Shown here: positions 1 to 14,146 of the stretch, in pieces
Numbering within the stretch: position 1 is the stretch's first letter
Layout of the letters: every line of letters begins with the position of its first letter
DNA from: Eledone cirrhosa
Lineage: Eukaryota
Reading direction: 5' to 3'
DNA: 64,000 bases
NCBI GenBank assembly: GCA_964016885.1
Contig: OZ024746.1
Coordinates: 34,968,001-35,032,000, forward strand
Made by a program: the position numbers and the translations under genes
The notes under the pieces: model-generated
What the model saw: only the letters and a program-made list of their open reading frames with translations
What the model was told of the DNA's origin: nothing
The model's database searches: none

Positions 1-1015
1 GACACCAATACTGTCACGTCATCGGCGTAGGCCGACACCGCTTTCCGCAATCCCGGTTCCAAAGGGATGCCCTGCAACAACTCCAACTTCCGCAGTAGTG
101 GCTCGAGAGTCAACACATACAGAAGGGAGGAGAGAGGGCACCTTTGTCGGATGGACCGCGCGATTTTGAACGGCTCCGAGAGGTAGCCGTTCACCTTGAC
201 CCTAGAGCAGATGCGGCTGCTGTGCATAGCAGTGATCCAGCCCCTGAAAACGGGTCTGAAGCCTGCCGCCGCTAGCACCGCATCCAGGTAACCATGGTCG
301 ACCCTATCGAACGCCTTAGATTGATCCAAGTTGATCAGAGCCCCACCAAAGCCGGGTTCTTTCCCAACCCTCTCTATCATGTATCGCATGAGGTGGAGGT
401 TGTCATGGATGGACCTGGACGGGATAGCGCATGTCTGCGCATCTCCCACCAGGTGGCCCACGACAAGCGCCAACCTCTTTGCTAGCACCTTGGCCAAAAT
501 CTGTAACTCTGTATTTAGCAGAGTTATGGGCCTGAAGTTACTTATTTCGTCCCCCTTGTTCTCGTCCTTCCTCACTAGCGTGACTACGCCCTTGGTCACA
601 GTACAGGGAATTCTCCCGTTCTGTTGCCAGTTGCAGTAGACCGCCTCGAGGAGATCGGGGAACAAGTCCGGCATAGCTAGATATAATTCGTAAGGAAGAC
701 CATCGAGACCCGGGGATTTGCGTTTGCCGCATTGGCTCAGCACGTCCTCTATCTCAGCGGCCGAAATCGGCTCCTCGCAGGACTTCGCCTCCCTGTCCGA
801 GAGGCGCGGCAGGCCGTCGAGGTATGGACCGAAGTCCACTTTCCCAACCGGCTCCCCGCCCCTCCCGAACAGTCGGGCAAAGTGCCTTTGAAAGGCCTCA
901 CACATCTGCTTAGGCTCAAGAATCGCCCGTCCATGCAGGTCTCGCAAAGACCGGATGGTGGATTTAGTTCCACTGTTGGCCTCTGTCACGCGGGCCCAGC
1001 TAACAGCTTTGGTCC
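1..1015 (-). mobile_element. L1/Tx1-clade LINE ORF2 reverse transcriptase fragment, 5'-truncated, runs off window start
   Basis: Minus-strand translation gives KSPGLDGLPYELY, NFRPITLLN, LINLDQSKAFDRVDH, RQRCPLS and SAYADDVTV (non-LTR RT motifs). The truncated end abuts (GATA)n at ~1017-1046. Confidence 0.9.
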
Positions 1016-1489
1016 AGATAGATAAATAGATAGATAGATAGATAGATTCATTTATCACATTCTGATTTAAAAAGGGCAAAACTATCTTAAATCACTCGTG
1101 TCTATGCTATCTCCAAATCTATCTCACATTTTTCCCTATATTCACCCGTCTCCCTCCCTTTATTTCATACATTCTAGTGCACTTCAACCACTGCTCCAAA
1201 CACATTCACACAACAAATACGCATATACGCTCACATATGCTCAGAAACACACACATTTATGCATAAATACATACACATATTATATAAATACACAGGTGTG
1301 TATGCGTGTGTATGAGGGAGAGAGAGAGAGAGACTGAGAGAGAGAAATAGAGAGACACAGGGGGGAAAGAGAGACTGAGAGAAAAATAATATATTTTCAG
1401 TAAAGAACTGACCAAAAGTGAAATTAGGTAGTCAATACATTAAGTAGAAAGTCTATATAATCTATTTCAGATCCTTCACATTCATTCGG

Positions 1490-1530
1490 TTTTCCTGATG
1501 ATTTCGATTGAACGAAAACGTGCTAGTCCT
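1490..1530 (+). ncRNA. Decayed minimal hammerhead motif
   Basis: CTGATGA-tTTCgattGAAc-GAAA-acgtgc-TA. Stem I is poor. Resembles the motif at ~61890. Confidence 0.4.
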
Positions 1531-1684
1531 GTAAACATTTTTTACATCTGAATTTAGTTAAGGTCATATACGAAAGTAGAACCCATTCAGCGATTGATAT
1601 TCATAAACACACACATATACACACAGGCCACACACACACACCCACACCCAATATTTTCACTAGCTTTGGCAGGTAAGCAGTATA

Positions 1685-1729
1685 CGGTACTGATGAAGAG
1701 TAACAACCCAGAAACATTATTTTTTGCCG
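1685..1729 (+). ncRNA. Hammerhead motif (decayed)
   Basis: CGGTA-CTGATGA...GAAA...TGCCG with stem I CGGTA/TGCCG. Related to 45753-45793. Confidence 0.45.
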
Positions 1730-1843
1730 TTCTGTTTATATTCCAACACAAGAGCAAGAATGACGGTGTCATTCTACTGAAATGACTTCTTGAGGATGTT
1801 TGGATGACTGCAAACGAATCGAATATTATTATTAACATTTGTA

Positions 1844-2031
1844 GGCGGTAGAATGGCAGTATCGGTAGAGAGTCGGACGCCATGCTTTGCAGCAAAGAGT
1901 TACGGCCCTTTATGATCTGAGTTCAAATCCCGCCGAGGTTAACTTTACCTTTCATCCTTATGGGGTCGATAAAATAAAGTACCAGTAATACCCTTGGGTT
2001 AATTGCTGGCCTTGTGCCAACAGTAGAAACA
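1844..2031 (+). mobile_element. tRNA-derived SINE (family S) with 16-bp TSD
   Basis: B-box-like GAGTTCAAATCC and conserved CCTTTCATCCTTAYGGGGTCGATAAAATAAAGTACCAG. TSD ATTATTAACATTTGTA at 1828-1843 and 2032-2047. Confidence 0.9.
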
Positions 2032-2061
2032 ATTATTAACATTTGTAAAACTCAGATTACA

Positions 2062-2131
<70 letters not shown>

Positions 2132-2660
2132 TATCAGCACACAGAGATGCACAGACCCACAAATGTACACACAAACAACGCACGTGGATACCACGCTCCT
2201 CAAGTTACGCCTGAAACTATAAACACACTATAAATCACACACATACGTAATTAGACGACATACACGCTACATATCGGTATGAAATGTAATACATTGGTAC
2301 GCATACAAACACACACACATTAAAAAATATCTCACTAAAAAACTTAAAACGCGTTCTTTAAAGCGGATACCCGGCAGAACCAGATTTGACTCTTACATAT
2401 CACCGTCGCTTGATCGAAGAGAAAAAAGTATTGCAAGCTCGTATAAGACATATAAAAAACACCCCAAAAGGACTGGTTGGTGAGGAATAGGATGCCTTTA
2501 ATGAAATATCTTTCTAACAAGGGCTAACCTGCGGATAAACATCAACAACAACAACACTAGCAATAAATAGATTACTATCTACTCGCAGAAATAGCATTAA
2601 ATGCATCGAAAAATGAAAAATAAAACACGCACACACACACATACATATCTACATACATAC

Positions 2661-2691
<31 letters not shown>

Positions 2692-2726
2692 TATATTATA
2701 CATCTCTCTCTCACACACACACATAA

Positions 2727-2762
<36 letters not shown>

Positions 2763-2884
2763 CATATATAATACAGAGAGAGAGAGAGAAAGAGAGAGAG
2801 ATAGAGACAGATAGATAGATAAATATATAGAGAGGGAGAGTGAGAGAGAGAGAGATAAATAGAGAGAGAGAGAAAGAGAGAGAG

Positions 2885-2933
<49 letters not shown>

Positions 2934-3385
2934 GAGAGAGAGAGAGAGATTTACGAAGAAATAGAGATTTATATCTATACACACACATAAATCGGTAGGT
3001 TGCACACATTACTGATACAAATTAAATACAATGTAAAATACAACGTAGTCTCAAAGACATACACGCTCATTCATACTCAAACTGATATGCACATACTTTA
3101 CATTATAGTCCATCTCCCTCCTCCTGTATGCGTAGGTAGAACTATAGCTGCCGTTACCTCAACACAGAAGCTTCAATGCTTCGATTATATTTAATTAATA
3201 AAGTACAATACATACGAACACGTGCATGCGCGAGAAACCCTACTAGAAGTAACAGCCTGAACTTGTTTAAATCATTTTGTCAATCGTCTTTAAGTAAATA
3301 GTCATAATATATGTTTGAATAAAAAGCGTGATAGTCAAACAATGGAAAGGTTTTAGTTATTGATTTGGATTATTATGGCTAGTAT

Positions 3386-3571
3386 GGCGGTGGATTGGCA
3401 GTATCTGTAGAGAGTCGGACACCATGCTTTGAAGCATAGAGTTACGTCCCTTTATGATCTGAGTTCAAATCCCGCCGAGGTTAACTTTGCCTTTCATCCT
3501 TACGGGGTCGATAAAATAGAGTACCAGTAATACACTGGGTAATTGCTGGCCTTGTGCCAAAAGTAGAAACA
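3386..3571 (+). mobile_element. SINE family S
   Basis: Full-length copy. Imperfect 17-bp TSD ATTATTATGRCTRGTAT at 3369-3385 and 3572-3588. Confidence 0.9.
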
Positions 3572-3649
3572 ATTATTATGACTGGTATGGTATTAAGCAT
3601 CCGATATATGTACACATGTATCATACTGTAGGAAACTTATATGTATTTA

Positions 3650-3725
<76 letters not shown>

Positions 3726-4603
3726 CTCGCTCTCTCTCTCTCTTTCTGCCACACACACACAGACATTCACACATAATATATACATATAATATATACATAA
3801 TATATACATATATACATATATACATATATATATATTGGTCTGTAACTAGCTGTTGAATCGGTAAGTGCTCAGCCGTCGGGTCCCGATTCATTATATATAT
3901 ATAAAGGTAGGCACAAGGAAGACAAAGACAACGGTAAGCAACAACGGTAAAAGGCCTTTTCTCTTCAGCCACGCACTGAAAATCACTATTCATTTCAGTC
4001 AACACTGCGGTACAACACTACAGGAAGATACAGGCCAAGTTGTACCCTCGTTGAACTCCACAAGTAACGATAAAATCTGTTACAATCTAATGTGCATGAA
4101 AAATAGAAAGGAGAGAAATAGAAAAAGATATACATTTGGACTGCATTCCTATGTACGAAGTCAAATATATAAAGACGAGGAGGCAGAGGAAAATAATGAT
4201 GAGACAACGATAGATATCGAGCTGTGTATGGTCTACTTTGTGTTAGATGTAAACAAAAGCCACGCGTGGTTAGAAATATCAAATATATATATTTAAAAAT
4301 GTTGGGCGCACAAGACAAACACAACAGAGAAACAACGGCTAAACGGAACAACCCCTTCTCTTCAGCTAGCCTCTGTAAATTATTATAGTTTCGGTTTAAT
4401 AAAAGTGATTCATTTCATTGCGGTGAACATTGGAAGGCAACAAAGGAAGTATACACAGGACAAGTTGTGCCTTTCAGTGAATTACAGAAACAAAATAAAA
4501 AATGCTAGAAACAAATATGCTTGAAGTGAAAGGGGAGATATAGAAACGTGGTACGCGGTAACTTAACAAAAGAAATAGAAATAGAAAGGAAAGAGAAATA
4601 GAA

Positions 4604-4724
<121 letters not shown>

Positions 4725-4977
4725 TGAGAAAACTCATCGCTAGTACAGCCGTTAAACCAGCTAAATGCTGTCAAAGACAGCGATAGGCAAAAATTCCCCA
4801 GAAAAGAATGAAAGAGATGGATAAGGATGAGTGCACTGGCACACAGTATTGACTGGAAGATGAAGAAAGGCTGTTCTACTGTTAAAGTTTCTCATTTTTA
4901 TATGTATTCAATCAAATGCACGCTCGTTTCGTTTAGATCAGGGACAGCATTGTTTTATATATATATATATATATATA

Positions 4978-5130
4978 TTAGTATATGTTGTTTTTACCGA
5001 CACCCCAGTATACAGATTGGAGCACTCGACGAAGTAGGCAGGTTGGTTTGTTTACTCCGGAGTAATGTAAAATAATTAAGTCAAATATGTAAAATTTGGC
5101 TTCGTTTATTATAACTTATATATATACAGC
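4978..5130 (-). mobile_element. 3' tail fragment of PLE-type family X
   Basis: Aligns in reverse to ~16785-16930 (GAGCACTCGACGAAGT, TACTCCGGAGTA). Abuts (TA)n. Confidence 0.75.
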
Positions 5131-5914
5131 ATATATGGACTACAGTCCTACGCACGACGACAAAGAGGAATGACAAGAAGGCAGAGTTAAGAGAAAATGA
5201 GAGGAAGATGGAAGATAGATTGTTATTGTTTTAGACATTGGTTATAGATCTAATTTCGACTTAGATTTTTAAGCTGTCTCCGTATATACAAATTAATGAC
5301 ATAAATTGTAACGAGTTTTGTGAGTTTCATTATTGGCTACTTACCACCACATATGCATAATTACACGATTACATATAATGTTGTTCCCCCTTGATAACTA
5401 GGTAGATAATGGATTTTGGTGGGTATTCATCCACAACCACGTGTTAACTAACCTTATACCTATCCTGCCATCGTTCATCAATTTTCATTAATTCCATTGC
5501 TTTTCTGACATGTACTATCATGAGGACAATTACTATAATGGTTTTCATATTTTCTTAATTTTGTTACATACATTTATACAATTGTCATTAATGGTGTTGG
5601 ATTTGCAGAATCATTTATATCATCGGACAAAGTGCTTTGCCGTATTAAATTACGGCCCTATATATTCCTCGACGTCAACATTGATTTCTCCGCGGTTTAC
5701 AAAATAGTTTCCAATAAAGTGGTGAAATCGAGGTAATCAATAATAACGCCCATGAGACTCAAAATTAGAAACCTTGTGCCTATGTTAAAAATCAATACTA
5801 TCAGGTTTTCAACACTTTCTTTACAAGATTCTACTGACAAGAAAAAGGCGCATCTCCGTAAAATATTCATTATATACACCATTCTCTACGGGGATTTGTC
5901 TTCCGTTATTCAAT

Positions 5915-6140
<226 letters not shown>

Positions 6141-6274
6141 GCTGATGCTGATGCTGCTACTGCTGCTGCTGCTGGTACTGCTAGTCTCTTGTTCTCGGTC
6201 ACTGCATTTTGTAATGTTATAAATTCTAAATCTGGTATCGCAACACTAGCAACAATGACAGAAACACACGCGCA

Positions 6275-6323
<49 letters not shown>

Positions 6324-6476
6324 GTTGTTATGCTTTGGGAGGGTTATGTTGCCAATAAGAAAATCACGCACCAGTTGCTTTCACTCCAATTTATTATAAA
6401 TTAAAGTTATAAATGTAAGAATTTATAAATTTCCGGTTTTTTGGATTGTTCCACAACCGGACGGTTGTTCATATAT

Positions 6477-6518
6477 TGTCAAAGTTCTTTCATCACACAT
6501 TTGTGACCTCTTCAGTGA
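6477..6518 (-). ncRNA. Minimal hammerhead ribozyme (inverted pLTR)
   Basis: GTCA-CTGAAGA-GGTCACA/aatg/TGTGAT-GAAA-gaac-TT-TGAC. Confidence 0.7.
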
Positions 6519-7105
6519 CTGATTAGCTTACAAATTTAGAAGGGCCCTAGATAAACATAAACTCAATATTAAGATAGTAGAAAGACCAGGTACCTCCATA
6601 AAAACACTTATTAGTAATACATACCCTTTTCAAAGATAAGAAATGTATAATATTTAAACTAAGCCCCGATATTTACTGTAAAACGAGAAATGTAGTATAT
6701 AGCATAAGATATACTGAATGACAATGTAGAGATAAGAATATAGTGTGCATAGGTGAGACAGCTCGTAGTATAGGAGAACGGATAAATGAAAACTGGCGAG
6801 AGCTTCAAGATAGAAAAGAATCATCTGTACTTCACCAACATGCTAAAATAGAACATAAGGGTACATTTGAGAACATAGAAATAAAAATAGATTCTACACA
6901 CAGAAAAGACGCAAGGTTTAGAATATCACAGAGGCAATAAACATAAATGAACTCCAACCCAAATTAAATAGTAAACATGAATGGAATAGCAATATCACAA
7001 CTTACAATTAAGGACAAAATGAAAACACACACACACACCACACACAAAAAAGATGGCCTAGGACAGAACAAAGGAGAGGCACAAAAAGAAATAAAAGAAT
7101 CCCCA

Positions 7106-7148
7106 GTCACTGAAGAGGTCACAGCATGTGTGACGAAAGAACTTTGAC
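7106..7148 (+). ncRNA. Minimal hammerhead ribozyme (3' pLTR)
   Basis: GTCA-CTGAAGA-gGTCACA/gcatg/TGTGAC-GAAA-gaac-TT-TGAC. Confidence 0.75.
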
Positions 7149-7384
7149 AATATATGAACAACCGTCCGGTTGCGGAACCAACCAACCAACCAACCGGAAA
7201 TTTATAAATTCTTAATTTTATAAATTTAATTTATAATAAATTGGAGTGAAAGCAGCTGGTGCGTGTGTTTCTTATTGGCAACATGACTCTCCCAAAGTAT
7301 AACAATATCGGTTTCAACACACGTTTTCACATAAAGATTCTAGCTAAACAAATTCAGAAACGGTATATATATATATATATATAT

Positions 7385-7441
7385 AATAAAATATATGGAA
7401 CTTGTTATAATAAACAATCTTTTAACCATCTTTTAATTTCT

Positions 7442-7515
<74 letters not shown>

Positions 7516-7550
7516 AACAATCTTTTAACCATATTTTAATTTCTTCTTTT

Positions 7551-7600
<50 letters not shown>

Positions 7601-7722
7601 AGAAATTAAAAGATGGTTAAAATATTGTTTATTATAACAAGTTCCATATATTTTATTATGCGCATTTCGAAAACAACATGATGATGATGTTGTTTTCGAA
7701 ATGCGCATAGTAAAATATACGA
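7385..7722. repeat. Complex inverted/direct repeat cluster around (TA)n with a hammerhead-remnant palindrome
   Basis: 7385-7450 and 7510-7552 are inverted relative to 7594-7660. Palindrome ATGCGCATTTCGAAAACAACAT...ATGTTGTTTTCGAAATGCGCAT carries TGATGA...GAAA-TGCGCA-TA. Confidence 0.8.
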
Positions 7723-8660
7723 TATATATATATATATTGGAAAAAGGATTTGCGATGTCTCTGGCTCCAAGCTCTAACGGCCTTTGCATTTTCTTTGGAC
7801 GACACTGGTGGCATGGAGAACAGAAACTGCCTGTCTTACACAAAACCCCCTTGTACTTCGAAGGAAACTTGCTACGTCAAAGACTGTTTGTCATTCATGA
7901 CCGAATGTGTCTTTTACCTTTAGCCTCTTTATCATTTATACTACATTGAAAGAGTTAGTTATTATAAACCAGTGAAAATGTTCAATTATCTCAAAGACAC
8001 ATACACACAAACACACCATAGAGAAACTTTCGCGCACACATACAGGCAAAACATAGTAACTCTCTTGGCAGACACATGAGACAAGGGTAATTTTGTTTTC
8101 CCGAAGACATTGAACGGACTTCAATGAGGGATGCCTCAACACTATTAAGAGAAGCTGTATTACTGTGACATTCTTGTTTAGCTTAGAGCATAATTACACG
8201 ATGAAAACAAAATGTATAGATGAAGCTCCGGACACATTTTCGCTATGTAAGCTTATTCATAATAACTGTACCACCTACTGTGTTTAAGGTGGTACATATT
8301 GTAAAGAGATGCATATAATTGGCTCTGTTGATATTCTAAATGCTATTAACATCATATGATAATAGCTTGATCAAATATATATATATTATTGCCAAATATT
8401 CTATACATACATTCATGAACTCCTGATTATTACCGGAATTCTATAATAGCCAGCCTCTATGATTCGTGGCAAAAGCAACTGAGTGTGTTGTCTTGATAAA
8501 CGCTCACAAGCGAGAAACAGACTGACTGTCGGTCGCTCTATGTTGCTTTTACCGAGAATAAGTAAGTGATATAGTCACTACTTTAAAACTCATAGCGAAT
8601 GGTCTTGTAAATGTTTAAATTAAACATGCCGTATATTGCCAAATATACTATACATACATT

Positions 8661-8753
<93 letters not shown>

Positions 8754-9079
8754 ACCAAAATTCAGCACTGAGCATATAAAACAATCGTAATAACAGAGGC
8801 CAACTTTATTCCATCTATAAGTGTCTCTGTTTTTTTTCTGTTCAAATTCTAGTTCTTTTATGAGGTCATAGCTATTGCATAATGGTTATCACCGAAATAT
8901 ACATAGCAGTGAATAAGTATAAAAGTTAATTTTAACCTGTTGAATTACATATAATGTTTATATATATACATCATATTTATGGTGCTCAGATCGGGAAGAC
9001 CACACAGGAGGCCAGTGCTCGATGCCGGAGTGGATATTGTATATGAGAGAGAGAGAAAGAAAGAGAGATAGATAGATAT

Positions 9080-9183
<104 letters not shown>

Positions 9184-9802
9184 TACGCAATTTTCTTCAG
9201 AAGAGGTCTTTCCAATGGCAAGAGATAGAGAAAATATTTTACATTTTTAATTAAAAGCCTCCCTTATCAGTGATCTGGCAGGACAGTAGTCCAACATCTA
9301 TCATTCGAAACTAGGAATAACTTCAGGAATATTTATCTCGCTCTCACAATATGGCGTGTGGGTTTCGGTCGGCAGCTAGAAAACAAATGCATATTACCTT
9401 TCGCACTTGACCTTCAGACCACCCTATCTCTAAATTCATCCACCCTCGCATTGAAGAAAAAAAGGGAGGGCATATAAAATATTCTAGTTATATTTTATTT
9501 TAAAAAATGAATAAGACGTTATTGTTTGGATGGAAAGTAGCTGAGAACATGCATGCTTTTGGTAAGGTAGCAGAAAATAGTTTGAAAGTCTATAAAGCAT
9601 CCCGTTCGTCGAAAAAGAGGCATCAAGGTTTACTACATATTGACCTACCAAACCTTGCTACAATCCATTTTCCTTTCTTTAACCTTACACACAATCAACA
9701 GTATTATATCTTTCATAAATGCTCTCTCTTATTCTATCTCTCTCCACATATAGGGACACTTGTATACACACACACACGCACACATATATATGTGTGTGTG
9801 TG

Positions 9803-9839
<37 letters not shown>

Positions 9840-10065
9840 AGCGAGAGAGAGGGGGGAGAGAAAGCAAGAGAGCGAACGTATTTAATATAGCCCTCTGTCT
9901 ATGGATCTTACATTATTTACTTGTCTCTTTGTGTTCCCTATCTATTACTATTTTTGTTTTATTTATACCTATCTCCATATCCTGTTATTCAATAGCAGCA
10001 AGAAAACCATTCCTGTTGTCCATTATTTATAGATGGATAGGCATTTTTCTCTTTGTTACTGTTTC

Positions 10066-10213
<148 letters not shown>

Positions 10214-10258
10214 TAAATATATATTTATATATATATATATATATATATGGATACATAC

Positions 10259-10351
<93 letters not shown>

Positions 10352-10839
10352 AATATATATATATGGATACACACATATATTACATACATACATATATATT
10401 ACAGTACAAGGATAATACAGTATGCATTCATACTCACATTTATATAATATATATATATATATATATACATATGATATACATATTTATATAGATGTATATA
10501 ATGTATAAGATAAGAAAGATATATGATGCTACTTAATCTTCATGAATCGCTCACTGAACTGTGCTCGATTTTGTCATTTGTCTTGATCTTGTAGAAACAA
10601 AATTGTGAATTGATTTCAATTTAAAGAACTAAGAGCAGCCAAAACATATCGTGCTTTATTGTATATACTTTTATTTCCATTCGTCTTCTTTCTCTATTTC
10701 TTATAATGTTTTTTCCTCTGCAGCTTGCATATACATCTATATAAATATCTATCAATACACACACGCAAGCACGCACACTCAAACACACACACACACACAC
10801 ATACACTCACACACACATACACACACACACACACACATA

Positions 10840-10899
<60 letters not shown>

Positions 10900-10959
10900 T
10901 GTGTATCTGTGTATGTGTGTGAATGTTTATTGATTTCCTAATATATTTACTCCATCACA

Positions 10960-11061
<102 letters not shown>

Positions 11062-11093
11062 CTTTATGTATATATATATACGTGTATATATAT

Positions 11094-11128
<35 letters not shown>

Positions 11129-11161
11129 CAAAATATATATATACAAATATATGTTTGTAAG

Positions 11162-11192
<31 letters not shown>

Positions 11193-11914
11193 TGGTATGC
11201 ATATATATGTGTGTGTGTGCGTGCGTGTGAATGTGTATGTTTGTAGCTATTTTCTTTCTATCTACCTATCTACTTATCTCTCGTTATATATTCCACTCTC
11301 TGTATCTATTCACCAATCTATCTGACATTTTCTTGGTCTGTTTTTATAAAGGTCTATAAATCTTTATAACAAGCTACCAATATGCCATACCCACTTTCAT
11401 TCTAACTACATATAACCACTTATCTATCTCTTTATTTATCTTTCACACTCTACGCTTGTTTTTTTTTTAAATTGATCTTGTATTTTCATTTTTTATTGAT
11501 TTGCTTTTATATTGTTTTATGCTTATTTGTGTTTTCAAGAAAATATTGTTTCCATTTGTCAAATATTTTTGCTGATCCGAAACAACGTTGAAATATCGCA
11601 ATCGACACAAACGATCAAATATCTGAAGACGATAATATAAACTAAACGGAAGTTAATGTAAAAAGTATTGACCCCGGATATTAATCAGTAAATATATCCC
11701 CATTGTCACTACGACACCACCTCAAACTTTAAAATACTATTAATCAATGATCTATCTTCGTCCATATGTAAAACATATAAAATAAACATGAAATATTCGG
11801 ATATAAACATACAAACGTACTAATGCGTTTCCCCACGTCTATATCTAGAATTCCATATCCCTCCATCTGCGTTACGATATATTATCTAATAAACCATGTC
11901 GTAAGTATTTCAAG

Positions 11915-12075
<161 letters not shown>

Positions 12076-12091
12076 CGTATGTGTGTGTGTA

Positions 12092-12193
12092 AATGAAATA
12101 ATTCCGTTGGAAAGGTCCAGGAAAAAAGAGTGCTCTATGTAGGTTACAGAGCTTAATAGTTATTTATTACATAAATAAACGTGGTTTATTACA

Positions 12194-12200
<7 letters not shown>
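12092..12200 (-). mobile_element. Tail fragment related to the 57.1-kb fold-back family
   Basis: Shares TTCCGTTG...GAGTGCTCTATGTAxGTxxCAGAGC with 57114-57175. Confidence 0.6.
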
Positions 12201-12230
<30 letters not shown>

Positions 12231-12410
12231 CCTTGAAATAATTATGACACATGGTTTATTAGATAATTTAAGCATTGATATAGGATCGTTTCAAGCTGTA
12301 AATAAAAGGATCATCTATATACTGATTAATCGATAGCAGTCATAGATACAGGCACACATACACACACATACATATATACATACAAACATACATACATACT
12401 TACATACATT

Positions 12411-12840
12411 TTGGCTGCAAACTCTGCTAAGAATATTGCAATTGCTTGTCTGATTCAGATGTCTGACGGTTGAATATGGCTTTGACAACTATGGATCTCC
12501 CTCGCCTCAGGTCTTGCATCAGGTTGCCTGTGAACCTTAACAATACCGCGGAGATCATAGTTCATTGCTTCTCATTGAACACGGCTGTGACTGCGGCTCC
12601 TGAGACCAGACTTGCTGAAGCAAATCTTTCCACACCCATAGCATACCAATTCAATGCGGACACCGATCGTTTTGAGAGATACACCAACGTATTGCTTACG
12701 CACATCTCGTTTGATCTTCTTGTGCTCGATGCGTTCTGTCCTGAAAATTATTGACCCCATCATTCACCATTTTATAACAAGTTTCTCTTTCAAGAGAATC
12801 TATCTCCCTGTCAGCCATCATCAAACCAGATTTATCAAAC
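12411..12840 (-). mobile_element. RTE-clade LINE 3' end
   Basis: Minus frame gives CYGCGKICFSKSGLRSRSH (RTE C-terminal zinc-finger-like), then a short 3' UTR ending in an (ATGT)n tail. Confidence 0.65.
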
Positions 12841-12873
12841 ATACATACATATGTACTTACATATATATATAAG

Positions 12874-12906
<33 letters not shown>

Positions 12907-13096
12907 ATATATCTGTGTGTGTGTAACAGAATCTGCGGTGTATAGCCCGGTGTATACATGGAGAGATGCAGATTCGATATGGCGATACGTAAAATTTGGT
13001 CAAACGGAAACCACTTGGCACCGTGTTCGTGATTTTACATCTCGCGCTCTCTATTTCCCCCTCCTTCTCTCTTTCTATCTATCTCCCCTCTCTATC

Positions 13097-13134
<38 letters not shown>

Positions 13135-13273
13135 ACAAGTAAGTATGTTTTGAAACAGTGAGAAGGTTTGAAATTAGAAAATAGATTAGCTTTCGCCGTA
13201 TTTTTTACTAAAGAATGTTTAACCTGATAATGGGGTTTAGAACCCTCAGATAAATGGAAAAAGATGAGTACTG

Positions 13274-13342
13274 ACGTACATGGGAGTCGAACCCACATCT
13301 TTGGTTATCCAGACCACTGTGCTACCATTACACCAACACATC
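13274..13342 (-). pseudogene. tRNA-like cloverleaf (SINE head or tRNA pseudogene)
   Basis: A box TGGTGTAATGG and B box GGTTCGACTCC. Folds as a cloverleaf with many G-U pairs. Anticodon loop CTGGATA has T37 and there is no long variable arm, so it is unlikely to be functional. Confidence 0.6.
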
Positions 13343-13358
13343 ATATATATATGTATAT

Positions 13359-13394
<36 letters not shown>

Positions 13395-13399
<5 letters not shown>

Positions 13400-14065
13400 C
13401 TAAACTTGTTACTCAGGAGTTTCACCTGCGCACTGGCAGGTTCATCGGTCAAGACTGTTTTTCAATAACAGAGACAGTATTAATGGGGGAAAAGTATTTA
13501 TTGAGAAACATAATTCCTTGAGAAGATGGTAATGGCTTTTGCTGGTGGAATGTTTCAGTAGACATCTTCCAGCAAAGCCATTACCGTCTTCACAAGGAAT
13601 TCTATTTCTCAATAAATACTTTTCGGTAAATATTTTATTCACCACCACTTATTGATACATACCCACCTACCTAACCAAGTTATTTTCCATTCAAGTTTTT
13701 TACCCTCTTCCTCAATATCACCATTAGTAACCGAATCTTTACACCTTTTACTAATTCCTATCATCAAATGTATTACAATACCTACATCACACATGCATAT
13801 TTTATTTCTCTTAGTGTTCACCCATCTTCCGATTTCTATTTTCATATGTTCCATCTCCCTCGTAGCACGCACATTCAGAAACACCTATGGACTTACCTAC
13901 GATTCTTACATCTTCCCCTATTCATACTGTCTCTGTTATTGAAAGATTTAGATGTGTGTAATGATGCTGCCTGAGAGCAGGTGAAACACATATAAACAAG
14001 GCTCATTGCTTAGCCATAATAAATTGAGTACATTACTTAAAAACTTCCATCACTAACACGAGTAT
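13395..14065. mobile_element. Asymmetric fold-back element with hammerheads
   Basis: Inverted repeat 13490-13555/13570-13624, plus ~13462-13482 matching ~13921-13943. Hammerhead-like motifs at both outer ends. Confidence 0.7.
13405..13453 (-). ncRNA. Hammerhead with CCGATGA core
   Basis: CTTGa-CCGATGA-ACCTGC/cagtgc/GCAGGT-GAAA-CTC ct GAG-TA-aCAAG. Confidence 0.7.
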
Positions 14066-14078
14066 ATATCTATCAATC

Positions 14079-14146
<68 letters not shown>

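Larger units (their letters stand above)
6322..7363 (+). mobile_element. 5'-truncated Penelope-like element: GIY-YIG remnant, 3' pLTR and inverted 5' pLTR copy
   Basis: ORF 6743-6940 reads CIGETARSIGERINE...SVLHQH (GIY-YIG). Arms ~6322-6521 and ~7104-7305 are reverse complements. (TA)n on both sides. Confidence 0.85.

Noticed and set aside
294-1025. Plus-strand ORFs at the window start
   Set aside because: Antisense shadows of the minus-strand RT fragment.
3910-4490. Two diverged direct repeats with CTGAAGA on the minus strand as hammerheads
   Set aside because: No properly placed GAAA or stem III found.
13274-13342. Functional tRNA-Ser(GGA)
   Set aside because: T at position 37, no long variable arm, an anticodon-stem mismatch and many G-U pairs.
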